The notes beneath the pieces are model-generated. The model did not search any database and was not told where the DNA came from. It saw only the letters and a list, made by a program, of their open reading frames with translations. The translations under genes were made by a program, and so were the position numbers. Positions 26,353 through 38,512 of a stretch of 58,942 nt of DNA are shown here, one piece after another (within the stretch, counting starts at the first letter, position 1; each line of letters opens with the position of its first letter). Location: assembly GCF_001194135.2 (NCBI RefSeq), contig NC_068982.1, positions 24,946,158 to 25,005,099 on the forward strand, given 5' to 3'. This DNA comes from Octopus bimaculoides. Lineage: Eukaryota.

Positions 26353-27744
26353 CTATGTTTGGATGTGCGGATGTATGTATATATAAAGACTCAAACTTAT
26401 TAGTGCTACACTCATTTGTTATATAGTGCGAAAAGTGTTATGAAATATGTGTCCATAGAGCTAATATTGCCGCGGAAAATGTTTTGCCAATTATTGAATA
26501 AAGGCAAAAAATTAGTAAACGAATATTGAATTGTCTTTCTGGTTCAGATTTCTCATGCAAACTATTTAGCGAAGTACAGGTCAATCATAACACAGAACCA
26601 ATAATGTATACATATATATGGATATAGTTTCTCATAGAAGTAGAGTTATATCGTTGTGTATGATAAGTAAGTTAGCATAAACAACAGAGAACGGAAGAAA
26701 TAAAAACTAGAAAAATAAGATTCTGCATATGTTTATAAATGTAATGCAGCGAGTTAATACTCAGTTAGTAGTATATTTTAGTAACAGTAACAATTGCTAC
26801 GTTCAGTAGGCAAACACGTACTTTTAAATCATACTTTTCCAACTATTCCTGTTTCTAGGACGAGAAATAGGAAGCTACATGAATGAATATTGGAATGCTT
26901 TCATATCTTGATACTTGGTAATTTGGAAAGTTAACTTTGTTCTCCTGTCCGCAAATATCGTAACTTAAACCGTAGCCCTAAATTATGACAAGTTGCAGTA
27001 TATTTCTCAGGTTTCACTATTTTTGCACAATGTAATTTGGAGTAACGTTATTGAAAAATATCAAGAGAAAGTAAGAAGCAAAAACAATCAGTGCCAAAGA
27101 GTGTACGGGAGCGAGAGCGTCAGATAGAGAGAGAGAGACAGAGACAGACAGATAGAGATGGAGACAGAGGGAGAAAGAGAAAGAGAGAGAGAGTGAGAGA
27201 ATGGGAGAGAGAGAAATCGTTGGGACAGTGATTAGGCCGATATTAATGTCATATGAAAAAATAGTAACATGAATTAAAACAGACACTCGAGCAAGTATAT
27301 GGTGGGGCAATGGTATATGCAATAATGAGAACCAGAAAATTTCTATCTATAGAGAATACAATCGAAATTATTATATTCGGAAAACTACTTTTGTTATATT
27401 TTGCATTAGATTCTACCACTTTATACACAATATCTTCGAACTGAGATTATTAATTTTTTCCCTAAATCGTTTACGGATGTTTTACATGAAATAAAATCAT
27501 GCTACTTTATTTCACGTTTTATTTTACATAAAGATACAATTATACATAAACATACGGACAGTTTCTTTCAGCTCAAACTATACAAATAGCATTTGTTTCA
27601 TTTCTAATACATTTATCTTGTTTCTAACTTAATAAATCACCTTTAGTTTACATTTTTGCTACATACAAACATGAATCTATTCTTTTCATCATTGTTTCAG
27701 AAGTTTGCTTCTAAAGAGTCTAAGTTCAAAATAATGGAGACGTC

Positions 27745-27881
27745 ATACAAATATGTGTGTGCGTGTGTGTGTGTTTGCATGTGTGTTTGCGTGCGTGTGT
27801 ATGTGTGAGTGTGTGTATGTATGTATGCACGTGTGTGTGTGTGTTTGTGCGTGTGTGTGTGCGTATGTATACACACATACA

Positions 27882-27918
<37 letters not shown>

Positions 27919-27972
27919 GTGTCCATGTGTGTATATATATATATATATGTGTGTGTGTATGTGTATATATAT

Positions 27973-28019
<47 letters not shown>

Positions 28020-28020
28020 G
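27745..28020. repeat. Compound (TG)n/(TA)n/(AG)n microsatellite
   Basis: Direct reading. Confidence 0.9.
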
Positions 28021-28439
28021 ATGCAAAACTGATATAGATATACAAGCACATCTGCATAATATTGTATGCATACACGTGTATGTATGGAAAGAAAATATGA
28101 ATCATAAGGAGCAACTACACACGTCATCATCGATTCCTTGTGATATTCAAACAAAACAAGATGATTTATGCAGACCTTCTGAAGGTGTCACGAACACGGA
28201 TCACTCAGCAGAGAATATTATTCAGAAAAAACAAGTTAAATTCTTTAAATATTTTGTAAATAGAAAACGATATTGTAAAGACGTTAGACAGGAAAATTAC
28301 TACGAAATTATTTGCAGATCTATCAGCCTGAACAAATTGTATATTTGAAAATCCGTTCTTTGTACATAATCTTTAGTCTGGAATGAGAAATTTCTGTGAC
28401 ATTTATAATGTATCAATGTTGATTTTGTAGCAAACATAT

Positions 28440-28860
28440 ATATATTCGTCGGCCCAGACGATGTCTAATTTAATAGCACCACCTGGAAGAGATATACAGT
28501 CAGCTCTTGTGTACCATAGCCAATTCGGGCAGAGAGTTATTGTTTTCAGAGACATATCCGGGTGTGGGTGGTTTGTCTGGTATCTGTTGGCGGTTATCAT
28601 CTATGAACCGTTGGAATGCCGTAAAATCACTTTCCTTCTTTATGTGGGGCGACACGATGTTGAAGAGATCAGGGCTAGTAGAGCTGAAATTATCCACTTG
28701 TAATGTTGTGATACGACACAAACATGATTTCTTTAGTGGACGGATGGTACTGATCCCAAGCTTTGGATGAATTTTAAAGAAGATACCTATAGCATTTGGG
28801 AAATGTTGATGGAATATTTTCAACATCATACAGATGATGTAGCGCTAACAGCGATATTGG
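28440..28860 (-). mobile_element. Decayed non-LTR RT core (I/Jockey-group-like)
   Basis: Minus frame GIFFKIHPKLGISTIRPLKKSCLCRITTLQVDNFSS-TSPDLFNI(18 aa)DD, i.e. SP.LFNI...RFIDD with canonical spacing to the YADD-equivalent. The PQG segment is missing, and WADEY follows in a shifted frame. Confidence 0.55.
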
Positions 28861-28948
28861 AGAGAGTAAGTCTGGCTTTTGAGTGGATGCCAATAATCAA
28901 CGCTTGTCATATCATCTATATATACATACATACATACATACATACATA

Positions 28949-28982
<34 letters not shown>

Positions 28983-29092
28983 AAAATATGTGACACTTAT
29001 TCAGTAGCCATGATGTCACATATTTTTACAGACAAATTCCTCTATTTACATAATATTGAGGTCTCTTTCTTTTGTTGTCCTTTCTATCAATA

Positions 29093-29124
<32 letters not shown>

Positions 29125-29336
29125 ATATTTTGGGACTAATGGATATATGTCGATTAGTGTGTTGAAGTGTTCAGTAGAGCACTGGGACAGTTTGGGCTAC
29201 CTGGTGTAATCCACAGTCGGAGTATATTTCCGTTGGATCTACTTCAGTAATTCCGCAGTGTTGTTTGAGATATTAATAATAATAATTCCTTAAGTTACGT
29301 GATGGATTTGGTGCTAATCCTTACTTTGTACAACAG

Positions 29337-29366
29337 TCCCTTCGACTCATCCTGCTACTGTCCATT
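29337..29366 (+). CDS. Candidate 30-nt micro-exon (phase 0 reads SLRLILLLSI)
   Basis: Branch point CTAAT, pyrimidine tract and CAG acceptor, GTAAGT donor, length divisible by 3. No homology evidence. Confidence 0.25.
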
Positions 29367-29785
29367 GTAAGTGGGACTCCTCTCAACATGTGTGTTGCAT
29401 CAGTTTTGCAGTCTGTGTCTCATCAAGTACATCTATACATAAAGATCTGTGTCTCGCTAAAAATTCTGTGATTTAACTGCCATGTTATTATATGCCCGTT
29501 TGGTTAGGGAATGAAGCATCACTACAATTTTCTATTACTGTTATCTTTTTTCAATAAGAGTTGCAAACACTTGTAAATATAGACAAATATTTGTCGATAA
29601 AGAAAGATCATTGCAGGGGAAGTTAATGGATGGATAGAGATGGATTGAGTTACATAAGGTTTAAGACAGAGGAATGGTATTAGAAGAAGGAAAGGAAAAA
29701 TATATATATATACAGGCTGTAGTGGGTGAAAGGTTGTTTAGCTAGCTAGGTTAGATCAAGATGCGTATACGCACTTGCATGCACG

Positions 29786-29860
<75 letters not shown>

Positions 29861-30480
29861 NNNNNNNNNNNNNNNNNNNNNNNNNNNNNNNNNNNNNNNN
29901 NNNNNNNNNNNNNNNNNNNNNNNNNNNNNNNNNNNNNNNNNNNNNNNNNNNNNNNNNNNNNNNNNNNNNNNNNNNNNNNNNNNNNNNNNNNNNNNNNNNN
30001 NNNNNNNNNNNNNNNNNNNNNNNNNNNNNNNNNNNNNNNNNNNNNNNNNNNNNNNNNNNNNNNNNNNNNNNNNNNNNNNNNNNNNNNNNNNNNNNNNNNN
30101 NNNNNNNNNNNNNNNNNNNNNNNNNNNNNNNNNNNNNNNNNNNNNNNNNNNNNNNNNNNNNNNNNNNNNNNNNNNNNNNNNNNNNNNNNNNNNNNNNNNN
30201 NNNNNNNNNNNNNNNNNNNNNNNNNNNNNNNNNNNNNNNNNNNNNNNNNNNNNNNNNNNNNNNNNNNNNNNNNNNNNNNNNNNNNNNNNNNNNNNNNNNN
30301 NNNNNNNNNNNNNNNNNNNNNNNNNNNNNNNNNNNNNNNNNNNNNNNNNNNNNNNNNNNNNNNNNNNNNNNNNNNNNNNNNNNNNNNNNNNNNNNNNNNN
30401 NNNNNNNNNNNNNNNNNNNNNNNNNNNNNNNNNNNNNNNNNNNNNNNNNNNNNNNNNNNNNNNNNNNNNNNNNNNNNNNN
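29861..30480. other. Assembly gap (N run)
   Basis: N run flanked by (CA)n and (TA)n. Confidence 1.
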
Positions 30481-30530
30481 TATATATATATCAGCGCGAG
30501 TGTATGCTCTTGGGTATGTTGCTATGCATG

Positions 30531-30995
30531 TATTGCGTTGGCAATTAAGTTCCCACCGTTTTTTAAAATTTAAATTCTTTTTAGAGGGTTAATAAAATAT
30601 AACAACTAATTAATCAATAATGTATTCACCCTTGTTGTTTACAGCTTCTTTCCAACAAGATTTTCAAGACCGCGTCGGTAATAATCATCTGATTTCGACT
30701 CGAAAAATTGATCCAAGCTGTCAATTCTGCATAAGTATTGAGCGAAACTCAGCGCATACCATTTGTAAGAGGTCGAAAGAGGTGGAAATCCGTTGGTGGT
30801 AAATCAGGAGAGTATGGTGGGTGTAGCAGCACTTCCCAGCTACGCGTTTGAATGGCTTCTTTGGACATACTGGCGATATAAGAGCGGGCGTTGTCGTGCA
30901 GCAGAACTCCATGTTGCCGATTAGGTTTTTTCTCTTGAATAGCTGCGTTGAGTCGTTCCATCAGTTGTATTATTGTATTACAGTCCATAAACGTA
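30531..30995 (-). mobile_element. Mariner (Tc1/mariner) transposon, 3' half with one TIR
   Basis: LLHDNAR and WEVLLHPPYSPDLPPTDFHLFR catalytic motifs (ORF 30749-30988). A mariner-like TIR, TA-TTGCGTTGGCAATTAAGTTCCCACCG, lies at 30531-30560. Confidence 0.9.
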
Positions 30996-31405
30996 TATAC
31001 TTCAAAAATTTAATCACGGATTATCCAATAATTCGTAAATAGATTCAAAGTAGATTTTCGTATAATGTTTTATGATTTATTTCAAAAGCGTTGTTCATTC
31101 TATAGACTATACGCCCGTAGAAAATGTCGAATTCGTGAGAGGTTTGTAATGAGTTGGTGTTTTAGCTTCAAGTAAGCAGAGATCCGGCAGATACACGTTC
31201 ATATGCGAATAGTATTTTCCAGCTGTTTCCAAGGCATATTTCACAAACAAACACACACATACACACACGCACACATACACACACACACACGCACACAGAC
31301 AGACGCTCATATATGTGTGTGTGTCCGTGCGTGCATGTTTACATGTAATTACGTCTATGTATCTACATATATGTATACACACACACACACACACACACAC
31401 ATATA

Positions 31406-32405
31406 NNNNNNNNNNNNNNNNNNNNNNNNNNNNNNNNNNNNNNNNNNNNNNNNNNNNNNNNNNNNNNNNNNNNNNNNNNNNNNNNNNNNNNNNNNNNNNN
31501 NNNNNNNNNNNNNNNNNNNNNNNNNNNNNNNNNNNNNNNNNNNNNNNNNNNNNNNNNNNNNNNNNNNNNNNNNNNNNNNNNNNNNNNNNNNNNNNNNNNN
31601 NNNNNNNNNNNNNNNNNNNNNNNNNNNNNNNNNNNNNNNNNNNNNNNNNNNNNNNNNNNNNNNNNNNNNNNNNNNNNNNNNNNNNNNNNNNNNNNNNNNN
31701 NNNNNNNNNNNNNNNNNNNNNNNNNNNNNNNNNNNNNNNNNNNNNNNNNNNNNNNNNNNNNNNNNNNNNNNNNNNNNNNNNNNNNNNNNNNNNNNNNNNN
31801 NNNNNNNNNNNNNNNNNNNNNNNNNNNNNNNNNNNNNNNNNNNNNNNNNNNNNNNNNNNNNNNNNNNNNNNNNNNNNNNNNNNNNNNNNNNNNNNNNNNN
31901 NNNNNNNNNNNNNNNNNNNNNNNNNNNNNNNNNNNNNNNNNNNNNNNNNNNNNNNNNNNNNNNNNNNNNNNNNNNNNNNNNNNNNNNNNNNNNNNNNNNN
32001 NNNNNNNNNNNNNNNNNNNNNNNNNNNNNNNNNNNNNNNNNNNNNNNNNNNNNNNNNNNNNNNNNNNNNNNNNNNNNNNNNNNNNNNNNNNNNNNNNNNN
32101 NNNNNNNNNNNNNNNNNNNNNNNNNNNNNNNNNNNNNNNNNNNNNNNNNNNNNNNNNNNNNNNNNNNNNNNNNNNNNNNNNNNNNNNNNNNNNNNNNNNN
32201 NNNNNNNNNNNNNNNNNNNNNNNNNNNNNNNNNNNNNNNNNNNNNNNNNNNNNNNNNNNNNNNNNNNNNNNNNNNNNNNNNNNNNNNNNNNNNNNNNNNN
32301 NNNNNNNNNNNNNNNNNNNNNNNNNNNNNNNNNNNNNNNNNNNNNNNNNNNNNNNNNNNNNNNNNNNNNNNNNNNNNNNNNNNNNNNNNNNNNNNNNNNN
32401 NNNNN
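31406..32405. other. Assembly gap (N run, exactly 1000 bp)
   Basis: N run; the round size suggests a placeholder length. Confidence 1.
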
Positions 32406-32470
32406 TAAGAAGGGTCGACCACTAAGTGGACATCCGATTTGCTAAAAAAAGATCACCTACGATGTAACCA
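32406..32470 (+). mobile_element. Possible RTE 3'-terminal fragment
   Basis: KKGRP followed (frameshifted) by DLLKKD, similar to the GRP..RW.D.+K.D RTE C-terminus. Confidence 0.3.
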
Positions 32471-34439
32471 CAAAGAAAATAATGGTCTCCAGAAGAAATT
32501 CAGCAAACACCAGAACATGAGCGAGCAAGACAAATAAAAATATACAAAATAAAGAATTAATCGTAGACTGGGTTTCGCCATTAACTCATTTTTTACTCAC
32601 GTAGACACGTCCGTGGCTCGTCAGTCCGACCGTTCTAATTCAATATAATTTGCAGAGCTATACAAGAATTGCCTTCATAAAGTTTGACGTGCGTACAGTT
32701 CTACCAATTACATTGGGGTTATTTTCAAATGTCTCAGCCCTGGCGCGCTAAATCCCGGAAGGAGTCACTCGAAACAGCCGTAATGATCTGACACTGACAC
32801 ATTTACATATATACATTTATATATATACTTATGTGTGTGCGCGCGCGCGTGCGTGTGTGTATGTATTTAATATAGGAATGAAAGCGAGATACACACTTAT
32901 AAATCTATATTTATAAGTATATATATAGATAGATACAGATTTATTGCAAATCCTGCTTGTGAGAGAAGCACGAATGTAAACGTATTCCTACATAATTTAT
33001 ATGTAGAAATAATGATATTTTGATGTAAGTTTCAATTCCCACCAACTAACGCAATGAATTTACTTTCACACTCAATTGCATTGTATAATTTATTCCATTG
33101 CCATGTAAAATTGTCATGAAAGTGTAAGCTTAATTCTTAGCCCCGACGTTTCGTAAACAATTAATAATACAAATATTGTTTGCTATATAGATAGATATAC
33201 AAGTGTGTATTATTACATATAACTGAAATATATTCATTCCATTGGTATCTACGTGTTTCTCCAAATGTCGCTCATGCATTCAGTTTTTGTCTATCTTTCA
33301 GTAAGAAATTTAAAACCTAAGGAGAAAAAGATCAATAATTTACTTGCAGACCGTTTTGTAATAGAGATCGCTGTAAAAGAAAATTAGATGATAAAGTTTG
33401 TGATATCCTATTATTTAATAGTAATCATGCAGAATATTTCGATTCCGCAATCATTCAGATGGATTAGAAAGTAAAGCATGATTTTAATTTGTATTTCTAT
33501 GGTTAAAATTTCGTCTTTCTTTTATCTTTTTTTCTTTTTCTTTTTTTCATTTTTCTTCTTCTTCTGAATAAGGTTATTTTAAGCTACTGGTTGATGTGTC
33601 CTAGGTTTAGTCAGAATGAGAACATTAGTTCGGGATGAAGTTTCGCTCGGAAAGGAATTATATATGTATACCCTGGATTAAATTGCATTCACTGATTGCA
33701 TCCATAATTTGGGAAGAGTAATCCTAAGATGTGCATATGGAGAATTTTTATGTTTTAAAATACAGAATCGTTCTAAACAATATATAATTTTATTTTTAAT
33801 AATAAAATGATAATAACAATTAATGCATTCATTGAATTATAGCTTGTTGTTACTGATAATCTAAAACTATCATTTGGAAACAATATTAGAAAAGTGGTGT
33901 ATGCATGAGGTACGCCATTCCGCATGTGGCACTACAATGCTCCTGTGGATACCGAAAATAAAAATTCCATGTTATCGTTATAATTTGACGGTAATTAACT
34001 TCTACACAAAATGTACTGTGGATTGATTCTCTATACATTATAATATACAGAAGCAAAAATGGCTTTGGGTCGGTTATTCGCCTTGTACATACGCAATTTC
34101 GCATTCAAATCCGGTGTTTGGAAATTTCGAGAGAAATATTCCGATCAATGCCTGGCGAGTGGATTCTAATGAAGTGAAACTTCGCAGAACTTGCCGTATA
34201 CGTCTACACAAGCACGCACACACAAAAACACGAACAAACACACACATACACATACACACACACACACACTCCCCTCTCTCTCTCTCTCACTCTCTCGCTC
34301 TCAACACAAATACATATGCGCACACACAGAAACTTTTCTTGCTAACGAATAAAAAATATGTACTCAGCCAAAAACTTTCGAGTAACCCTTCGGTTTAATG
34401 TGTTTTAATTATAACTCGACATAGAACATATTTATACAT

Positions 34440-34484
<45 letters not shown>

Positions 34485-35030
34485 CATATATATGTATTTA
34501 TATATATATACAAAGAGCAAGGGAGAGGGGGGAAAGGATTTCTCGAGCTCGTTCTCTGTATACCTACTAACACGCGCGCATTATCGCATTTAGGAAACAG
34601 ACCATATGTTTATTGCTCTGATTTTGTCTTTTCCATTGAGCATACATCCCATAATTATTTTGGTTGTTCTGAGATACTCTCGTCTAAACCTTTCTTTCAT
34701 TTCGCTTTCCTTGATTTTGTAATATTCCAAAATCCCCATTTACTTATAGCTATTAGTCTCAATATGCTTCATTTTCTGGCCATTGGTTATTTCTACACCA
34801 TTAGAGGGCATTACATTGCCTTTATATATTGTAAGCATACCACAATTTTAAGTCCCTAATTCCATTCCAATATTCTTACTGAATATCTGCACAAGGCAAT
34901 TTATTTCGTATTCGGTTTTCCCAAAGGTTATTATTATTATAAATTGTCTTTGCACAGCTTCTATCACTGGAGGAGCTAGCTGTTCACTACCAGTGAACTA
35001 ATGTAACACTATTATTATTATTATTATTAT

Positions 35031-35245
35031 TTTATGTTTGACTTTTGCTTTGCTTTTGTACAAGTTGGCTCCAAGTCTCACCCAGAGACCTCAAGAGACA
35101 AGTTAGAAGTTCATGTTGCTGTTATGCCTAAGGTGTCATATATTTGGTTTTGTATATAGTGTTGTTCTAGAGATTGTTTAAGAAAACAAGAAAATTATGA
35201 GTTTGTTTTAAAATTAGAAATTTTATAGACAGTATTTTACGGATG
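35031..35245 (-). mobile_element. Short 3' end of an R4/Dong-like LINE embedded in (TAA)n
   Basis: The minus strand starts IRKILSI (terminal helix as in other R4 copies), then a UTR ending in AAAATAATAATAA. (ATT)n lies on both sides. Confidence 0.45.
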
Positions 35246-35307
35246 ATTATTATTATTGTTGTTGTTGTTGTTGTTTTTGTCGCTGTTGTTGTTGTTGTTG
35301 TTGTTGT

Positions 35308-37860
35308 TTGCTGCGGAGTACGGCAGGCGAGTTTCTGAGGACTCGAAGTAAGTTCTCATTTATTTTATTACATACACCCACCCGTTTGCTGCTTGTTTTT
35401 TTGTTTAGAAATTTAACCCAAGTTGTTACTGAAAACCCCAGGAGCCTGTTGCTATTTCTTTTATTTGGTGGCTGTTTAGCTCCGCAATGGGCATATTTCG
35501 GCCCTCCTAAAAATCTCCCATGGGGCGTTTTAAAAACAATGATTCATGAAGATGGCGGCGTCTACATTAAAACTTGTGAAACAAAAATCAGTTCTGCTCC
35601 CCAGACTTCCTGCTTAAGACTTCCCTCCCCTTCCTTCCCTTGAGTAAAATAATGCAGAAGAAGGAGGGGAGACAAAAGTGATGGAAACGGGCAATACACT
35701 AATCTGTGAAGAGAAAGAAGAGATGAGCAGTGGAAAAAATATGTTCGACAACAAAAACAGCAATAATAAAAGTGTTGGTAGTGGAAGTGACAAAAGCAAT
35801 AGTAGTAGTGGCAGTAGAGACAGCAAGAATTGCGAGGTTGTGAAGTATAGCAGCAATAATGACAGCTTGGACAGTAGCAGTAACAGTAGCAGTGACAGCA
35901 ACTCAGGCGGCGGCAGTAGGGGCAACGATAGCGGTGGTGGTGGTGGTCGTGGTGGTGAAGTGGCTGGAGGCAGCAGTGATGGTGGTAACAGTTATAACAG
36001 CACAAGTGGCTACCACCCCACCGCCACCACCATTAGTATGACTTCTTTCGCCGGAGACTCAGAAGAACTCTTTGCACACTTACTAGAGGATAACGCCTCT
36101 AAATTAGCTAAGTGTCAGAAAATAGAGGGAAGAAGAGCTGAATAAATACCTCCATAAAAAATCAAGGTGAACACAAGAAGGAAGATAATAACGTACGATT
36201 GCATCAGTCATAAATCAAACCGGCAAGAAACAGCAACGACTGTCCAGATAGAAATAGTCCTTCAAAATGTATGGCAGAACATGGGTCATATTATCGAGGG
36301 CAAAGCAGTTCGGCAGGGTGTAGGTTTTATTTAAAACTGTGATCCTGGCTGTTCAATGCTCAGTGGCCGCCTGCTACAACGAGGAATTTGTACTCTTCCC
36401 TACGTATATGGGAAGGAGGGCGGTGAAGATTACAATGCAGCGGGTGCCACCAGAGCTAGATCTGTGGTGAGTACTCGCGTACGTGGTAATATATGCGAGT
36501 GATAATCTCCTGGAGGAGAAAGCGGCGATTCCGACACACACTATCGGCCCCCATTTTCGACGATTTTGAGATCTTCCCACCTCTTCATCGGTCTGGAACG
36601 GGGAGTGGGGGAGCAGTGCTGTTTAGGAAAGGCCTAGATATCGAGGTACGGACGATCTTCCTTTACCCAGAAGGTATGTTGGTGGTCCTGGATGTGAGTA
36701 ATAGTCAAGATAGTGCTTTCAAACTAGTCGCTATGTATGCCCGAACTGGAGTGAGGCAGATAGATTTCTTCAGGCGTTTGTAAGTTTAACTTGAGACATC
36801 TCACTCTTTAGTTTTAGTGGGCGATGGGAACGCCATGTTGGATGCTCACCTGGATAGGATAGGGCTAGCTGATAGGAGAGTGGGATACAGGAGCGTCACA
36901 AACCTGCCCAGTCGTTTTCAATTGGCTGACAGGTACCGACTGGATTACCCGAATGCGCCAATGTGGACATGGCCAACCAGCACCGAGCCTTCCAGATCAT
37001 ATTTAGATAGAATATTCTGTAGGCCAGTTGATAGAAGTACATAGGTTGTCCACAGCTCAAAGTCGTCGGTTGCACAGACCACAAATTTCTGATATGTATG
37101 GTCGACACAGATAAGATCCATAAGCAGGGCCTCGAGTACTGGAAGTTGAAAGTGTCTTTCCCAGCGCCTCAAGCATTCAGAAACCGGGTTAGTAAGCTAG
37201 TCCATCGGAAGTTGGCGGCGCAGTCGTCAACAACCGTTGGTGGATAGCCCTGAAAAGGGCTATTAGAGTAGAGACTGTAGAATTTAGTAAGGAAATAATC
37301 TTAGAGGAATCTAGGATAGAGGAAGAGCTAGTTAGGAAGCTAGATCTCCGACAGTCAAGGACTGGGACGAGGTAGCCAACCTCGCCCAGTCAAGGACTGG
37401 GATAGTGTAGCCAGGCTCGCCCAGAAAATAAGACAAGAGAAAGTCGTCCTTGAAATGCCGAGTAGAGATGGCAAATGCTCGCATCGGCTCTTTCCTAAAT
37501 TATTGTCTGGACGTTGTATCCTGCCTTAGTCCACGTTTCCATATCTGACTGGACTGGAGTGTTTACATTTCCGTTTCCTAAGGGAAGGATGCGTTTCACG
37601 GGCCAGGTGGTCCGTCAGTTGCCAGCGCCCTCTAGTTGGTAGGTTAGGCATGCTATGGCTGGTAAAGCGCTGGCACGCTCTGCAGATTTATCTAGTGGGT
37701 GAGTCTATGTCCTCATCGCGTGTAAGACAAGCTCATCCACAGCTCTTCTCTTTGACTGAACTGCAATTCTGGGTCACGAGAAGTCTAAGATTAAGTGCTT
37801 GGTATTTTGAATGGTATCAGGTGCTCACTGCCCCCTACCAGCCAGGCAATATTTATCATT
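35308..37860 (+). mobile_element. L1/Tx1-like LINE with intact 5' end and two internal deletions (no RT core)
   Basis: 5' UTR, then ORF1 start (35678-36145, S/N/G-rich) and LFPTYMGRRAVKI motif. Endonuclease motifs: GAVLFRKGL, LVVLDV, LVAMYA, GDGNA, WTW, YLDRIF, TDHKF. It then jumps to the post-RT DWDSVARLAQK and GRLGMLWL region and ends in a (TTA)n tail. Confidence 0.85.
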
Positions 37861-37884
37861 ATTATTATTAGTAGTAGTACTAGT

Positions 37885-38050
37885 AAGGCGTTGAGCTGAC
37901 AGAATCGTTAGCACGCCGGTCAAAATGCTTAGCGGCATTTCATGTGTTTTTGGCGTTTTGAGTTCAAAATCCGCCGGGGTTGACTTTGCACTGGAGTCGA
38001 TGTAAAAGACTAGTCTTTCCCCATAAAATTTCAGGCCTTGTGCATTTGGT
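37885..38050 (+). mobile_element. tRNA-derived SINE (abundant family)
   Basis: GAGCTGACAGAATCGTTAGCACGCCG head, GAGTTCAAAATCC B-box, and a GGCCTTGTGC tail motif. Confidence 0.7.
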
Positions 38051-38339
38051 AGACAGTGCTATTATTAAATCATATTGTTGCTGTTGTTGTTTATATCATT
38101 GGTGTTGCTCTGATTGATCATATTCGAATCAAGTTATTTTGAGATAATGTAATGCGTGGATTATGCTAACAATATTTCTCCTCATTAAGAACTCATCCAA
38201 CCGCTTCTTAAAACTATTTCCGTTTGTTGGTTTTTGCTTTCAGTAGTAAATCATCAACATTGAAAAAATCTGTTTATCAAATAAAACAATATTTCCGGAT
38301 GCATCTAGCATTCTCAAATACATGCTAATTATATATTTG

Positions 38340-38512
38340 ACGTTGTGGCATTTCGTTTGTCTTCATGTTCTGAGTTCAAGTTCTGCCGAAGTCGACTTTG
38401 CCTTCCATCTTTTCGGTGTTGATAAAATAAGAACTAGCTGAACACTAAATTTGGTGTAATCGACTTAACATGCCTTCGAATTAATTTGGCCTTGGGGCAA
38501 ATTTTGAAAGCA
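38340..38512 (+). mobile_element. Partial SINE (abundant family)
   Basis: GAGTTCAAGTTCTGCCGAAGTCGACTTTGCCTTCCATCTTTTCGGTGTTGATAAAATAAG. Confidence 0.7.

Noticed and set aside
28737-28865. Plus-strand exon as an annotated CDS
   Set aside because: It overlaps an RT remnant on the other strand. It is kept only as a low-interest finding.
32601-32634. Minus 34-nt micro-exon reading TVGLTSHGRVY (RCC1-repeat-like)
   Set aside because: Too short, weak acceptor, and no neighbouring RCC1-like exons found.
33145-33152. GAAACGTC (minus strand) hammerhead half-site
   Set aside because: No CTGANGA or helix II upstream.
34051-34200. Open plus frames after a CAG (KQKWLWVGYSP... or MALGRLFALY...)
   Set aside because: No convincing donor, no recognisable domain, and the frame runs into a microsatellite.
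35678-36145. 155-aa Ser/Gly/Asn-rich ORF as a host gene
   Set aside because: It sits between a LINE-like 5' UTR and endonuclease motifs, so it is interpreted as retroelement ORF1.
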